Shown here in pieces: positions 27,776 through 37,479 of a stretch of 64,000 nucleotides of DNA (positions within the stretch are counted from its first letter, which is position 1; each line of letters starts with the position of its first letter). Both the position numbers and the translations under genes were made by a program. The stretch spans positions 48,175 through 112,174 of the forward strand of contig CAYFLR010000002.1 in the NCBI GenBank assembly GCA_964343805.1. The letters are read 5' to 3'. The DNA is from an uncultured bacterium (GTDB lineage: Bacteria > Bdellovibrionota_B > Oligoflexia > CAYFLR01). Below the pieces are notes generated by a model. It was not told the origin of the DNA, did no database searches, and saw only the letters and a program-made list of their open reading frames with translations.

Positions 27776-29440
27776 ATGTTTTGTAATCAGTGTCAAGAAG
27801 CTGCTCGTAATGAAGGTTGTGAAAAGGTCGGTGTTTGTGGAAAAAGTGATGAAACTGCCATTATGCAAGATGTGCTCATTTATGTTACATCCGGCTTGTC
27901 TTATTGGAATAACCGGCTCAACGGGATGGAAGTCTTTAATCCCGATATTGATAATCGTATTAACCAGCTTCTTTTTACCACAATTACTAACGTCAATTTT
28001 GATTTAGACCGACTCCAAGAACTCGTGGAAGAGGTTCTCCATCTACGTAGTCAACAAATGGAAAGGTTCTTAAATGAGTACAAAAAGAGAGAAGATAGGG
28101 AATTTGATGAACAAGTTCCAGATGCAGCTACCTGTAGTTTAAGTACTGATAAAGAGTCTTTGCTAGAAAAAGGTCGAGAAACCAGCTTTGTTAAAAGTTC
28201 AGATAAAGACATGGCCTCTTTGAAGCAACTTTTACTGCATGGTCTAAAAGGCATGGCCGCTTATACTCATCATGCTTATCGTTTAGGCTTTATAAATAAT
28301 GAAGTAGATCGGTTTGTGCAAAGAGCCTTTGCTGAAATTCCTAAGAGCGGATCTTCTATGGATCATGTACTTGGTTTGGTGATGGAAACCGGTGAGAAAG
28401 CAGTAAGTGCCATGCAGTTAGTTGATCAAGCTCACAATGAAACCTTTGGTACACCAGAAGTTACTACCGTTTCAACCGGTACTAAAAAAGGTCCTGCGAT
28501 TCTAGTTTCAGGGCATGATTTAAGAGATCTGGAAGAGTTATTAGAGCAAACTAAGAAGACCAACATTAATATATATACTCATGGCGAAATGTTGCCTGCT
28601 CATGCTTATCCACGATTTAAAAAGTACACCCATTTAGCTGGAAATTGGGGAAGTGCTTGGCATAATCAACAAAAAGAATTTACCGACTTTCCTGGCCCGA
28701 TTGTAATGACTACAAATTGTATAGTCGAACCTAAGGAGAGTTACAAAAATAGGATTTTTACCACGGGTTTAGTGGGTTTTAGCGGAGTGACTCATCTCCC
28801 TGAAAAAGGTCAAAATGAGTCCAAGGATTTTAGTAAGGTCATATCTATGGCCTCCAGCTGTGAAGAATTAAAAGAACAATCTGGTAAGGAACTCACAATC
28901 GGTTTTGCCCATGAAACTGTCATGAGTGTTGCAGATAAAGTTATCGATGCGGTCAAAGCCGGAGCCTTGAAAAGATTTGTTGTTATGGCTGGATGTGATG
29001 GACGTCATAAGAGTCGTGATTATTACAGGCAAGTGGCTCAAAAGCTGCCTCTGGATACAGTGATTCTTACTGCGGGCTGTGCTAAATATAGGTATAATGA
29101 CCTAGATCTTGGTGATATCGGGGGAATTCCTCGCTTACTAGATGCTGGACAATGTAATGATAGCTATTCCTTAGCTTTAGTAGCGTTAAAGTTAAAAGAT
29201 GCCTTTGGTCTAGACGACATTAACCAGCTTCCCATATCTTATGATATTGCTTGGTATGAGCAGAAAGCGGTTACAGTCTTATTAGCTCTCCTCCATCTTG
29301 GTGTTAAGGGAATTAGAGTTGGTCCAACTCTTCCTGCCTTTTTATCTCCAACCATAGCAGAAACTTTGATAGAAAAGTTCGACCTTAAGGGTATTGGTGG
29401 AGTAGATGATGATATTACAGCAATGATGGCAGGAAAATAG
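27776..29440 (+). CDS. hcp: Hydroxylamine reductase / hybrid cluster protein
   Basis: The N-terminal MFCNQCQEAARNEGCEKVGVCGK is the Hcp Cys cluster. Length is 554 aa, RBS AGGAGG. Confidence 0.92.
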   Translation: MFCNQCQEAARNEGCEKVGVCGKSDETAIMQDVLIYVTSGLSYWNNRLNGMEVFNPDIDNRINQLLFTTITNVNFDLDRLQELVEEVLHLRSQQMERFLNEYKKREDREFDEQVPDAATCSLSTDKESLLEKGRETSFVKSSDKDMASLKQLLLHGLKGMAAYTHHAYRLGFINNEVDRFVQRAFAEIPKSGSSMDHVLGLVMETGEKAVSAMQLVDQAHNETFGTPEVTTVSTGTKKGPAILVSGHDLRDLEELLEQTKKTNINIYTHGEMLPAHAYPRFKKYTHLAGNWGSAWHNQQKEFTDFPGPIVMTTNCIVEPKESYKNRIFTTGLVGFSGVTHLPEKGQNESKDFSKVISMASSCEELKEQSGKELTIGFAHETVMSVADKVIDAVKAGALKRFVVMAGCDGRHKSRDYYRQVAQKLPLDTVILTAGCAKYRYNDLDLGDIGGIPRLLDAGQCNDSYSLALVALKLKDAFGLDDINQLPISYDIAWYEQKAVTVLLALLHLGVKGIRVGPTLPAFLSPTIAETLIEKFDLKGIGGVDDDITAMMAGK

Positions 29441-29454
29441 TCATCTATGATATA

Positions 29455-32400
29455 ATGAGTCTCATGGGAAAAATGTTTTTTTTGGGGCTCATTTATCTAT
29501 TTGCATTATGCTATGCCCCTTTTACATATGCTGCTAGTAGTCATTTTGTAAGTGACCCTCCAGAGCCCATCCTGGTGGAAGAGGGGACCGGTTCTATCAC
29601 CCTTGATCCTCACGCTCAAATTCTAGAAGATCCCACAGGAAAACTTACATTAAATGAGATTCTGAAAAGTTCAAATATCGAGTTTAAATATGATAAGGGT
29701 CAGGCACTCAACTTTGGTTATACAGAGAGTAGTTACTGGATTCGGTTTTCTTTATTTAACCCTGGTAATGAAAAGAAAGAGCGCTATGTTTGGCTCAATA
29801 ACTCAATTCTTGACTTTATTCATTTTTATGTTGTAGATGAAAACAATTTCCCTAAGAAAGCTATCCTAACCGGTCTTTCTGCCTCTAATGAATCAAAGGA
29901 TGTGAATGATACTCTCTATGGTTTTCGTCTCCACCTACCACCAGAATCCACTCGCACTGTCTATATGCGGTTTGCTAGTGACGGCCCGCTCATCATTCCG
30001 CTTAAACTTTATGACTTTGCCTCCATAGTTGATAATAAATTTAAACGGAAGCTGTTGTTGGGCCTGATATATGGGGCTCTCTTCATTATGATGGTTTATA
30101 ATTTATTACTTTACTTTCGTTTGAGACAGTTATCCTATCTTTTTTATGTACTATCCAACCTCAGTCTCACGCTTTTCTTAGCTTCTACGGAAGGTGTTGC
30201 TACCATGTTTTTATGGCCTGGAGCTCCCGTAATCAGTAAATATCTTGCCGCTTTAATGCCGTGTTTTATTTTGCCAGCCTTACTTTATTTTTCTAAACAT
30301 TTTTTATCCATTGATTCATCTCACTCGCCTCGTTTAGTCAAGTGGATCAATGGCTTTTCAATATTTTGTTTAGTCTATGCCGCTCTGTTTTTCTTTATCC
30401 ATATGAAAATTCTGATTCCACCTCAAAATTTATTGGTGGTTGTGGGACTCACTATTTTGATTGGTGCGGGGGTTTCTAGCTGGAGAAGAGGTTATCGAGC
30501 TGCTCGACTCTATTTGATTTCTTGGATGGGCTTCTTTATTGGGGCTCTCTTTTTTGTCTTTATTGACTTAGGCTGGATGGCTTATAATATGCTGGCCCAT
30601 TTCAGCTTCCATTTAGGAATTGTATTTCAACTTTCTATGCTGGCACTGGCTTTAGCAGATAAGATTCTCATCATTCAACAGGAGAAAGAGAGTGCCCAGG
30701 CAGAGTCTATCCGACTTAAAAAAGAGGCCATAGACAATTTAATGAAAGCAGATCGGATTAAGGATATGTTCCTAGCCAATACATCCCATGAGCTTAGAAC
30801 ACCTCTTCATGGGATCATGGGCTTAACCGAGTCTCTTTTACGAGAAGCTAAAGATGAATGGGGAGAATGGTATAAATCTAATCTTAACCTCATTCATATG
30901 AGTGCAAAAAGACTCACTTCTCTGGTTAATGACATCCTAGATTTTTCTAAGATGAAAGAACAAGAGATTCAGTTGGATTTAAGTAATGTGGATCTACACC
31001 AATTGATGGAGAGCATGCTTCCTTTATTGCAAACCTTAATCAAAGGTAAGCAGGTTCAACTAAAAAACGAGATTCCTCAGGATCTTTCCCTGGTGCGGGC
31101 AGATGTAAGTCGCCTCCACCAAATCTTACTGAATCTGCTTGGAAATGCAATTAAGTTCACCGATCAAGGTGAAGTGACGGTGAGAGCTCATAAGGACTCT
31201 GCTGGTCTGATTCGAATTGAAATTGAGGACAGTGGAGTGGGAATTGAGTCAGATGATTTAGCTGGAATCTTTAATGCCTTTGAGCAGATTGATGCTGATA
31301 GTAACCGGAAATACGGTGGGACAGGGTTAGGACTAAGTATTACCAAACAGTTAGTAGAACTCCATGGGGGATCCATCGAAGTAGAATCAACGGTAGGAAA
31401 AGGAAGTCTTTTTACTTTTTCATTACCCGTTCCTACTGAAGAAGAAAGTAAACAAGAAAAATCAGTTAAGAAAGATCTAATTAAGCAGACAGAGCAAAAA
31501 GCCCATGCCCCCATTTCTTTCATGGACACATCAGAAAATAAAAACCTTACTATTTTATTAGTTGATGATGAAATGATTAATCTACAGGTACTTTGGAATC
31601 ATTTAAGTCATAGTAATTTTCATTTAGTAGGTAAAGAAAGTGGCATTGCTGCTCTCGATTATATTCAAAATAATGACCCGGTAGATCTCGTCCTCCTGGA
31701 CGTGATGATGCCTTTGATGGATGGCTTCGAGGTCTGTGAAAAACTAAGAATGAAGTTTAATCCGACGGACCTTCCTATCATTATGTTGACCGCGAAAAAT
31801 ATGGATGAAGATATTATCAGGGGGCTATCTTTAGGTGCGAATGATTACATAACTAAGCCCTTCAGTCGGGATGTCCTGATGGCTCGTATCGAAACCCAAT
31901 TGGTGATTTCCCAATTGGCTCAAAAGCTGGTTCGTCTGAATGCCAATCTGGAAAATTTAGTATTAGAAAGAACAAAGAAGCTTGAAGAAGAAATGGAAGT
32001 TCGAAAGGTGGCAGAAAACAAGCGAGAAGAGATGAGGGTTCAGGCGATGCAGTCAGCTCATTTAGCCTCGATTGGAACTCTTGCATCAGGAGTTGCCCAT
32101 GAGCTAAACAATCCTCTGGTAACCGTATTAGGGCAAGCTAAACTTATTCAAAGCAAAACTGAGGAAGTGGAAACAAATGATTATATTCTTCGGGCGAGAA
32201 AAATAGTTGAGGCTGCTGATCGTATGCAGAGAATCATTGCCCACTTACAACAGTTAGCAGTGAAAACAGGAAATGAGTCCATGGGGGGTGAATCCTTAAG
32301 TGAGATCCTCGAAGGTGTATTACTATTATTCAAAACATTGCTAGAAAAAAATAATATTAAAGTTTTATTAGAGTTGCATAACGACTTGCCCAACATATCC

Positions 32401-33159
32401 GCAGAGAGAGCAAAATTAGAGAATGCCCTCCATAATATTATTGCCAATTCGATAGATGCCTTTCAATTAGGGCCAGAGAGAGACGATGGATTCATTTTAA
32501 TCAAGACGGACCAGGTAGATCAAATGGTGACTCTACTGATTCGAGATAATGGAGGGGGAATTGACCTAGAGCACAAAGAAAGGGTATTGGAGCCCTTTTT
32601 TACTACTAAAAATGAACTAGGACGTTCTGGATTAGGTTTGGCGCTAGTAAAAGCAACCATAGATCAGCATAAAGCCTTTCTCCGTATAGAAAGTGAAGGA
32701 GATGAAACCTCAGTTCTCCTTAGTTTTAATCAATTTGATGAAGAGAGACTTCCCATCGAAATTCCCAAAGTTGCCTCTATTCTTCCAAGGCCTCTCTCTG
32801 GTAAACCGCGACTTCTTTTGATCGATGATGAGGAAGACATAATAGAATTACTGGTGGAAGTTATTGAGGGGAAATTTGACACCTTGGGCTGCAGTCAGCC
32901 TATACAGGCAATGAACTTAATAAGAAATGAAACCTTCGATCTCATTTTAACGGATTTTAAAATGCCTGGAAAGACCGGGTTGGACATGATTAAACTATCA
33001 AAGGTTCATCAGCCAGAGACTCCAATAGTGCTGATGACAGCTTTTGCCATAGGGTCTAAAGAGGTTAATCAGGCAAAGGAACTAGGAGTCAAGTACATAC
33101 TAAATAAACCTTTCACTAGCCATGAAACCATCGTTGATGAATTGATGGCTCAGTTGTAG
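29455..33159 (+). CDS. 7TMR-DISM hybrid sensor kinase with two kinase cores and two receivers
   Basis: Signal peptide, extracellular domain and 7 TM segments come first. Core 1 has H-box SHELRTPLHGIMG, LLGNAIKFT, DSGVGI and GTGLGLSI. REC1 is LVLLDVMMPLMDG. Core 2 has H-box GVAHELNNPL, IANSIDAF, DNGGGI and SGLGLALV. REC2 is LILTDFKMPGKTG. Confidence 0.85.
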   Translation: MSLMGKMFFLGLIYLFALCYAPFTYAASSHFVSDPPEPILVEEGTGSITLDPHAQILEDPTGKLTLNEILKSSNIEFKYDKGQALNFGYTESSYWIRFSLFNPGNEKKERYVWLNNSILDFIHFYVVDENNFPKKAILTGLSASNESKDVNDTLYGFRLHLPPESTRTVYMRFASDGPLIIPLKLYDFASIVDNKFKRKLLLGLIYGALFIMMVYNLLLYFRLRQLSYLFYVLSNLSLTLFLASTEGVATMFLWPGAPVISKYLAALMPCFILPALLYFSKHFLSIDSSHSPRLVKWINGFSIFCLVYAALFFFIHMKILIPPQNLLVVVGLTILIGAGVSSWRRGYRAARLYLISWMGFFIGALFFVFIDLGWMAYNMLAHFSFHLGIVFQLSMLALALADKILIIQQEKESAQAESIRLKKEAIDNLMKADRIKDMFLANTSHELRTPLHGIMGLTESLLREAKDEWGEWYKSNLNLIHMSAKRLTSLVNDILDFSKMKEQEIQLDLSNVDLHQLMESMLPLLQTLIKGKQVQLKNEIPQDLSLVRADVSRLHQILLNLLGNAIKFTDQGEVTVRAHKDSAGLIRIEIEDSGVGIESDDLAGIFNAFEQIDADSNRKYGGTGLGLSITKQLVELHGGSIEVESTVGKGSLFTFSLPVPTEEESKQEKSVKKDLIKQTEQKAHAPISFMDTSENKNLTILLVDDEMINLQVLWNHLSHSNFHLVGKESGIAALDYIQNNDPVDLVLLDVMMPLMDGFEVCEKLRMKFNPTDLPIIMLTAKNMDEDIIRGLSLGANDYITKPFSRDVLMARIETQLVISQLAQKLVRLNANLENLVLERTKKLEEEMEVRKVAENKREEMRVQAMQSAHLASIGTLASGVAHELNNPLVTVLGQAKLIQSKTEEVETNDYILRARKIVEAADRMQRIIAHLQQLAVKTGNESMGGESLSEILEGVLLLFKTLLEKNNIKVLLELHNDLPNISAERAKLENALHNIIANSIDAFQLGPERDDGFILIKTDQVDQMVTLLIRDNGGGIDLEHKERVLEPFFTTKNELGRSGLGLALVKATIDQHKAFLRIESEGDETSVLLSFNQFDEERLPIEIPKVASILPRPLSGKPRLLLIDDEEDIIELLVEVIEGKFDTLGCSQPIQAMNLIRNETFDLILTDFKMPGKTGLDMIKLSKVHQPETPIVLMTAFAIGSKEVNQAKELGVKYILNKPFTSHETIVDELMAQL

Positions 33160-33186
33160 TGAATCTATTGAGGGCAAGGAGATTCT

Positions 33187-35223
33187 ATGCAGTTCATACG
33201 TGTTAAATTAATGAATATCTTTCTAATTATCTTTTTTATTGCTCCATTATTTTTATCTAATGGATTGATACAGGCATCAGGATGTCAGCCCCTTTCTGAA
33301 ACCGCCGAACAAGAGTTAGTTAAGAATTTTCCTCTAAAGAACTGGTTGGATCATCTTCATTACTTTGTTGAAAAAGTACGGGGAGAAGTCCCTAACCAAG
33401 GGGAGGGGTTGCATTTGGTGATGTCAGCTATGGAACTAGGTACCGTTCCTGGTTTAACCCATAGTGATGGATCTCCACTTAATATTAAGTCAGGGGGAGT
33501 TTCGGTTGTCGTAAGTGATCAAAGCTCACTGTTTCCTCATTTTTTGAGAGATCAAGCTAAAGGGCAACTCACTATTATCGCTCCCCTTATGGATAACGTG
33601 AGTAAGAATAATATGAAACATTTAGGTCTAGTCAAACCCACGGTGGAGGGCAAACAGTGGGAAATTGGTATGTTTGAATACTGGACCTCTGAGGGCACCC
33701 GATTTATCTTTTTAGAAAATCCCGTGTTCCTTACATTTAATTCCAATCCCAAAAAGAAAGGGGAAAGTATCTATGAAATGCGAGGGGTTGATAAGATGGA
33801 GCAACATCGGATCTGGTCGGCCCTCAATCAAGCGGTGGCTCTGACTTTTGATTATGTAAAAGGCGATGTCTATATGCCCCATGATAGCCATGTCTCTCCT
33901 GCCTCTTTTTATATTAGAAAAAGATTGCATCATAGAAAGATTCTCTCAGCTAAACCTTTGGTCCACAATGAAGGGTATGTGAATGACTTCTGGGTAGAGA
34001 GTTCCAAAGCCGAGAAAGTGAGGCGTATTTGGGATATTTCTGAAAAAGATATGCAAGAGTATTTTATGCAAAAGGACATGTTTACTATGCTCGCACCAGC
34101 TGTGAGGTTAGCTGAACAGAGAGAGTTGAATACCGCCTTTAGTGTTTCGGATGGGACCGCCAAAGCAATAAATGATCGAGTGGTGGAAAATAAAATTGAC
34201 TTTTTTGGTCGCACCGAAGGGGTCACCAATGGTCTTTCCGATATAAATCGTCCTCATGAGATTTCTACTTTGAAAAAGGAAGTTTCCGAATCGGCAATGC
34301 GTGAAAGTGGTATTACCCATCCCGAGGTCATTAAAGAATTTAGAGAAACGGGTTTTGATTATGGTTATCCAGGTCAGCCAGAAGCTGAAATTCACTGGAC
34401 TAAGGGAAGAGCTAAAGCGGCCATTCAGAGAAATTTTGGTCTCGATATTGATCATAATAAGCCGCTCTTTGTGACCTTTTCTCGTCTGGTTCATCAAAAG
34501 GGAATTGGTTTTTTTGTTGAACAAGTTGAGCATGTTTTGAAGCGAGGGGGGCAAGTGGTGATGGGGGGGCCGATCGGTGACAAAATCGGACAGGCAGAAA
34601 GAGATCTTGCCATTGCACTCAAAGAGCGTTTTGAAAAAGAGAATTTTCCAAACCGTCATAATTTTCATTACATCGATGGCATGATTAAAGGTCCATTAAA
34701 AAGCTTGATGCTGGCCGCATCTGATTTTTTTGTTATTCCTAGTCGCTACGAGCCATGTGGTTTAACTGATGTAGAGGCTCTCTATATGGGATCCATCCCC
34801 ATTGTTCATAATGTGGGAGGTTTAGGAAAAGGTGCTAATTCTATTAAGTATGGACCTGTTAACCCTGATAATCAAGGTGCTGCGATTTATGAAGCGATTA
34901 ATCGGGCGGTTGAGGCCTTTCATAATCGCAAAGATTTCAAAAAATCTCAGTGGTCAGCGATGCATGAAGATCATTCATGGCAACGATCATTTGCTAAATT
35001 AATGCAAATCTATCGTATTGAGGCTGCTTACCAATTTATCACTTCTTTGGAGACGGCAGTTAAAAATGGGGATATGAGCGTGAATAGCGCCAAAGAGATT
35101 GCATGGCATCGAATGGTGGCTCCTAACAAGGGTGATTTTCCTCTTTTCAAATCTATGTTGGATCGATTAGATGCTTCTAGAAAAGGTCCATTAACCACTT
35201 GGTTGATTTCTACTCCTGATTAG
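33187..35223 (+). CDS. Glycogen/starch synthase-like glycosyltransferase (GT5, GlgA-like) with N-terminal hydrophobic/lipobox segment
   Basis: Shares motifs with GlgA: KSGGVSVVV (KTGGL-like), PHDSHVSPASFYI, KPLFVTFSRLVHQKGIGF and IPSRYEPCGLTDVEALYMGSIPIVHNVGGL. The N-terminus is MNIFLIIFFIAPLFLSNGLIQASGC. Confidence 0.75.
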   Translation: MQFIRVKLMNIFLIIFFIAPLFLSNGLIQASGCQPLSETAEQELVKNFPLKNWLDHLHYFVEKVRGEVPNQGEGLHLVMSAMELGTVPGLTHSDGSPLNIKSGGVSVVVSDQSSLFPHFLRDQAKGQLTIIAPLMDNVSKNNMKHLGLVKPTVEGKQWEIGMFEYWTSEGTRFIFLENPVFLTFNSNPKKKGESIYEMRGVDKMEQHRIWSALNQAVALTFDYVKGDVYMPHDSHVSPASFYIRKRLHHRKILSAKPLVHNEGYVNDFWVESSKAEKVRRIWDISEKDMQEYFMQKDMFTMLAPAVRLAEQRELNTAFSVSDGTAKAINDRVVENKIDFFGRTEGVTNGLSDINRPHEISTLKKEVSESAMRESGITHPEVIKEFRETGFDYGYPGQPEAEIHWTKGRAKAAIQRNFGLDIDHNKPLFVTFSRLVHQKGIGFFVEQVEHVLKRGGQVVMGGPIGDKIGQAERDLAIALKERFEKENFPNRHNFHYIDGMIKGPLKSLMLAASDFFVIPSRYEPCGLTDVEALYMGSIPIVHNVGGLGKGANSIKYGPVNPDNQGAAIYEAINRAVEAFHNRKDFKKSQWSAMHEDHSWQRSFAKLMQIYRIEAAYQFITSLETAVKNGDMSVNSAKEIAWHRMVAPNKGDFPLFKSMLDRLDASRKGPLTTWLISTPD

Positions 35224-35978
35224 GAATGTGCGACATTTCATCGTATATATCGCAGGGAACCACATTACATGTCCAGGTGATAGGAATTCCTTTTTCATGT
35301 TTATTAATGAGATAATCTTGATAAGCAATTTCTCTATATTTTTGGGTGAGCTCATCTATCTCTATCAAAAACTTTTTTAAAGTTCCTTCCGTTAAGGTGA
35401 AAAATGAGATGTTGGAAGTGTAAGTGTTGGGATCCTTTTCTCCTTTTAAGACTTTATCGGTGATAGAGCTCATAAAGGGTGAAAAGAATTTTTTCATCCA
35501 GGGACCAAAGAGCTTCCAATTCTGTTTACCGTGGACCTTGAACTTGGTCTTGTTGCCTGGTTTTAATTCTAAAAGTCCAATTTTTTCCAGAGCTCTTAAA
35601 TATTTATAAACGGAAATTTCACTTAACTGATATTTATCTTGAATCTCTTGCAGAGATAGCTTTTGAAAAAAATATTCTCTGAAAAAATAGTAGTAAGCTG
35701 GGTTATCGGCAAAGAACTCTTCTTGATCTGGGTCCAGGATAAACTCGCTTTCCTTTTGTCGACTAGCCATTTGAATAAGTTCTTGAATAGGGATGTCAAT
35801 CACTTCACAGATTTCGATAAGACGTTCTATAGAGATATTTTTTTGGTGAAACAGATTCTTAATAGTACTTTCTGAAAAAGAGACTCGAGTGGCTAAATGG
35901 CTATAGGTTATTTTATGGGCTTTTAAAATGGACTTGAGTGTTCTTAAAATATCATAGGCTGAGGGTTGCTGATTCATG
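35210..35978 (-). CDS. XRE-family HTH transcriptional regulator with a second winged-helix-like segment
   Basis: HTH YSHLATRVSFSESTIKNLFHQKNISIERLIEICEVIDIPIQELI, plus a later ISVYKYLRALEKIGLLE. RBS AAAGGA precedes the ATG at 35978 (MNQQPSAY). The ORF track starts at 36016. Confidence 0.65.
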
Positions 35979-35981
35979 AGG

Positions 35982-37328
35982 CTATTCCTTTGATTGAATA
36001 ATTTTCTGCCACTCACTTTTGGATAAAAAGGTCTTTTTCAGAGGCTGAATTTGGTAGTTATGAGTTTTGCTTTCACGATCTAAATTGAAAATATTATAGC
36101 AACGACTATGATGCTTATCTAAATACGTGCCCATGGGGATGACTAATTGACCTGCTGGTGATAGCCAATTATTCTCATGCAACTGCCTGCATTCTTCGGC
36201 ATTAAAAAGGCCAATTGCTTGACGCAGTGGATTTGATTCGACTGTTTCAATTTGTAAAACTTGATAATAGGCATCTATACTCACCTGTGGATTGACTCCA
36301 ACGAGAGCGAGTATTTCCAGTGAAAGATCATCAGCCTCTTGTTCATAGGTATAATAACCTAATTTGGTTTTTTGAGCCTCTAAGAAGAGCTCTTTTAGTT
36401 TCGAGCTCCTGGGATTATTATAAGTGTTACTAATAATACTGTTTCCCAGCTTCTCAGCTGTAGGGTCTTTGATCGGTCTATGGTTTGGATTTTTCATTTG
36501 ATGGATATAGAAATGCTCTTTGCCAAAGTTTGAAAGAGTGTAATGAGCCCGATAATAATGGCTGAGTTCATGAGCGAGAGTGGCCACCACCGCCTTTTCA
36601 TCTAAATACTCCAAATAGGTCTTGGGTATGATTATTAGGTTGCTCATTAAAACCAGGCTGAAATTAGAGCTTACAATCTTGAATGGTGGTGGTTCCGGCC
36701 CTAGACATTTATAATCTATTATAAGAGTATCTTCCTGAAATTTCATTTTGCACCTAGGATGGCTCTTATTGATATGCTCTACTATTTTGGGAAGGTGTGG
36801 TTGATAGTTTTTATCAGTTATACACACTTGTGAGGGGGATAGAAAAACGTATCCATAGATATCCATACCGATATATAGAGGAGGTGTTTCCTCCAACTCT
36901 TGGTTTTTCTTATCCGATGTTTCTTCTTTATTTTTTAAATCAAGAACTTCAATTTTACTGGGTATGCAAACCCTTGTTTTTACAGCGGTTGCCGCTCTAA
37001 AATTTCCTACTCTGACAAAAGGTGGTGGGATATGGGAAAGTTTATTGGGGAAGTGCTCCCTAACTGTTTTATCCATCAATGAAAGCCAAGACTGAAGATG
37101 TTCAGTGGCCGGGTGAAATACATCTTGTATATCTCTCTGGTTATCTTCCTCATATAAGTTTTTTACAATTTGACCGGCAGGCTTATTTTTTACATCATAC
37201 CAACCCCAACTGTCCCCCTTAATTGCAGGACTTCCTATTTTATGGGTCAGCTGATTTATTGGTTGTTCATGACGGACTACACAGGATGATAAAAAAGTAA
37301 TATATAAAATAGAAAGCATCGCCTTCAT
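35982..37328 (-). CDS. M48-family zinc metallopeptidase lipoprotein
   Basis: RBS AAGGAG and lipobox LSSC. Carries HExxH (LAHELSHYY) and the downstream M48 motif YEQEADDLSLEIL. Confidence 0.75.
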   Translation of the reverse strand: MKAMLSILYITFLSSCVVRHEQPINQLTHKIGSPAIKGDSWGWYDVKNKPAGQIVKNLYEEDNQRDIQDVFHPATEHLQSWLSLMDKTVREHFPNKLSHIPPPFVRVGNFRAATAVKTRVCIPSKIEVLDLKNKEETSDKKNQELEETPPLYIGMDIYGYVFLSPSQVCITDKNYQPHLPKIVEHINKSHPRCKMKFQEDTLIIDYKCLGPEPPPFKIVSSNFSLVLMSNLIIIPKTYLEYLDEKAVVATLAHELSHYYRAHYTLSNFGKEHFYIHQMKNPNHRPIKDPTAEKLGNSIISNTYNNPRSSKLKELFLEAQKTKLGYYTYEQEADDLSLEILALVGVNPQVSIDAYYQVLQIETVESNPLRQAIGLFNAEECRQLHENNWLSPAGQLVIPMGTYLDKHHSRCYNIFNLDRESKTHNYQIQPLKKTFLSKSEWQKIIQSKE

Positions 37329-37479
37329 TTTATTCTCCTTATAGTTGTGATTTTAAGTTCAATTATTACTTAGAATTGCAAGTATAGCAAATTCCATTAT
37401 AAGAGGTGCCTATTGACAATTTTCACTTAATGATTATTATTACTATTAATATAAATTTTGTTTAAGGAGTAAAAAAAGT

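Noticed and set aside
33552-34668. Several minus-strand ORFs (66-186 aa) inside the GlgA-like gene
   Set aside because: The plus-strand frame carries clear GT5 motifs across the whole interval. The antisense translations show no recognisable features.
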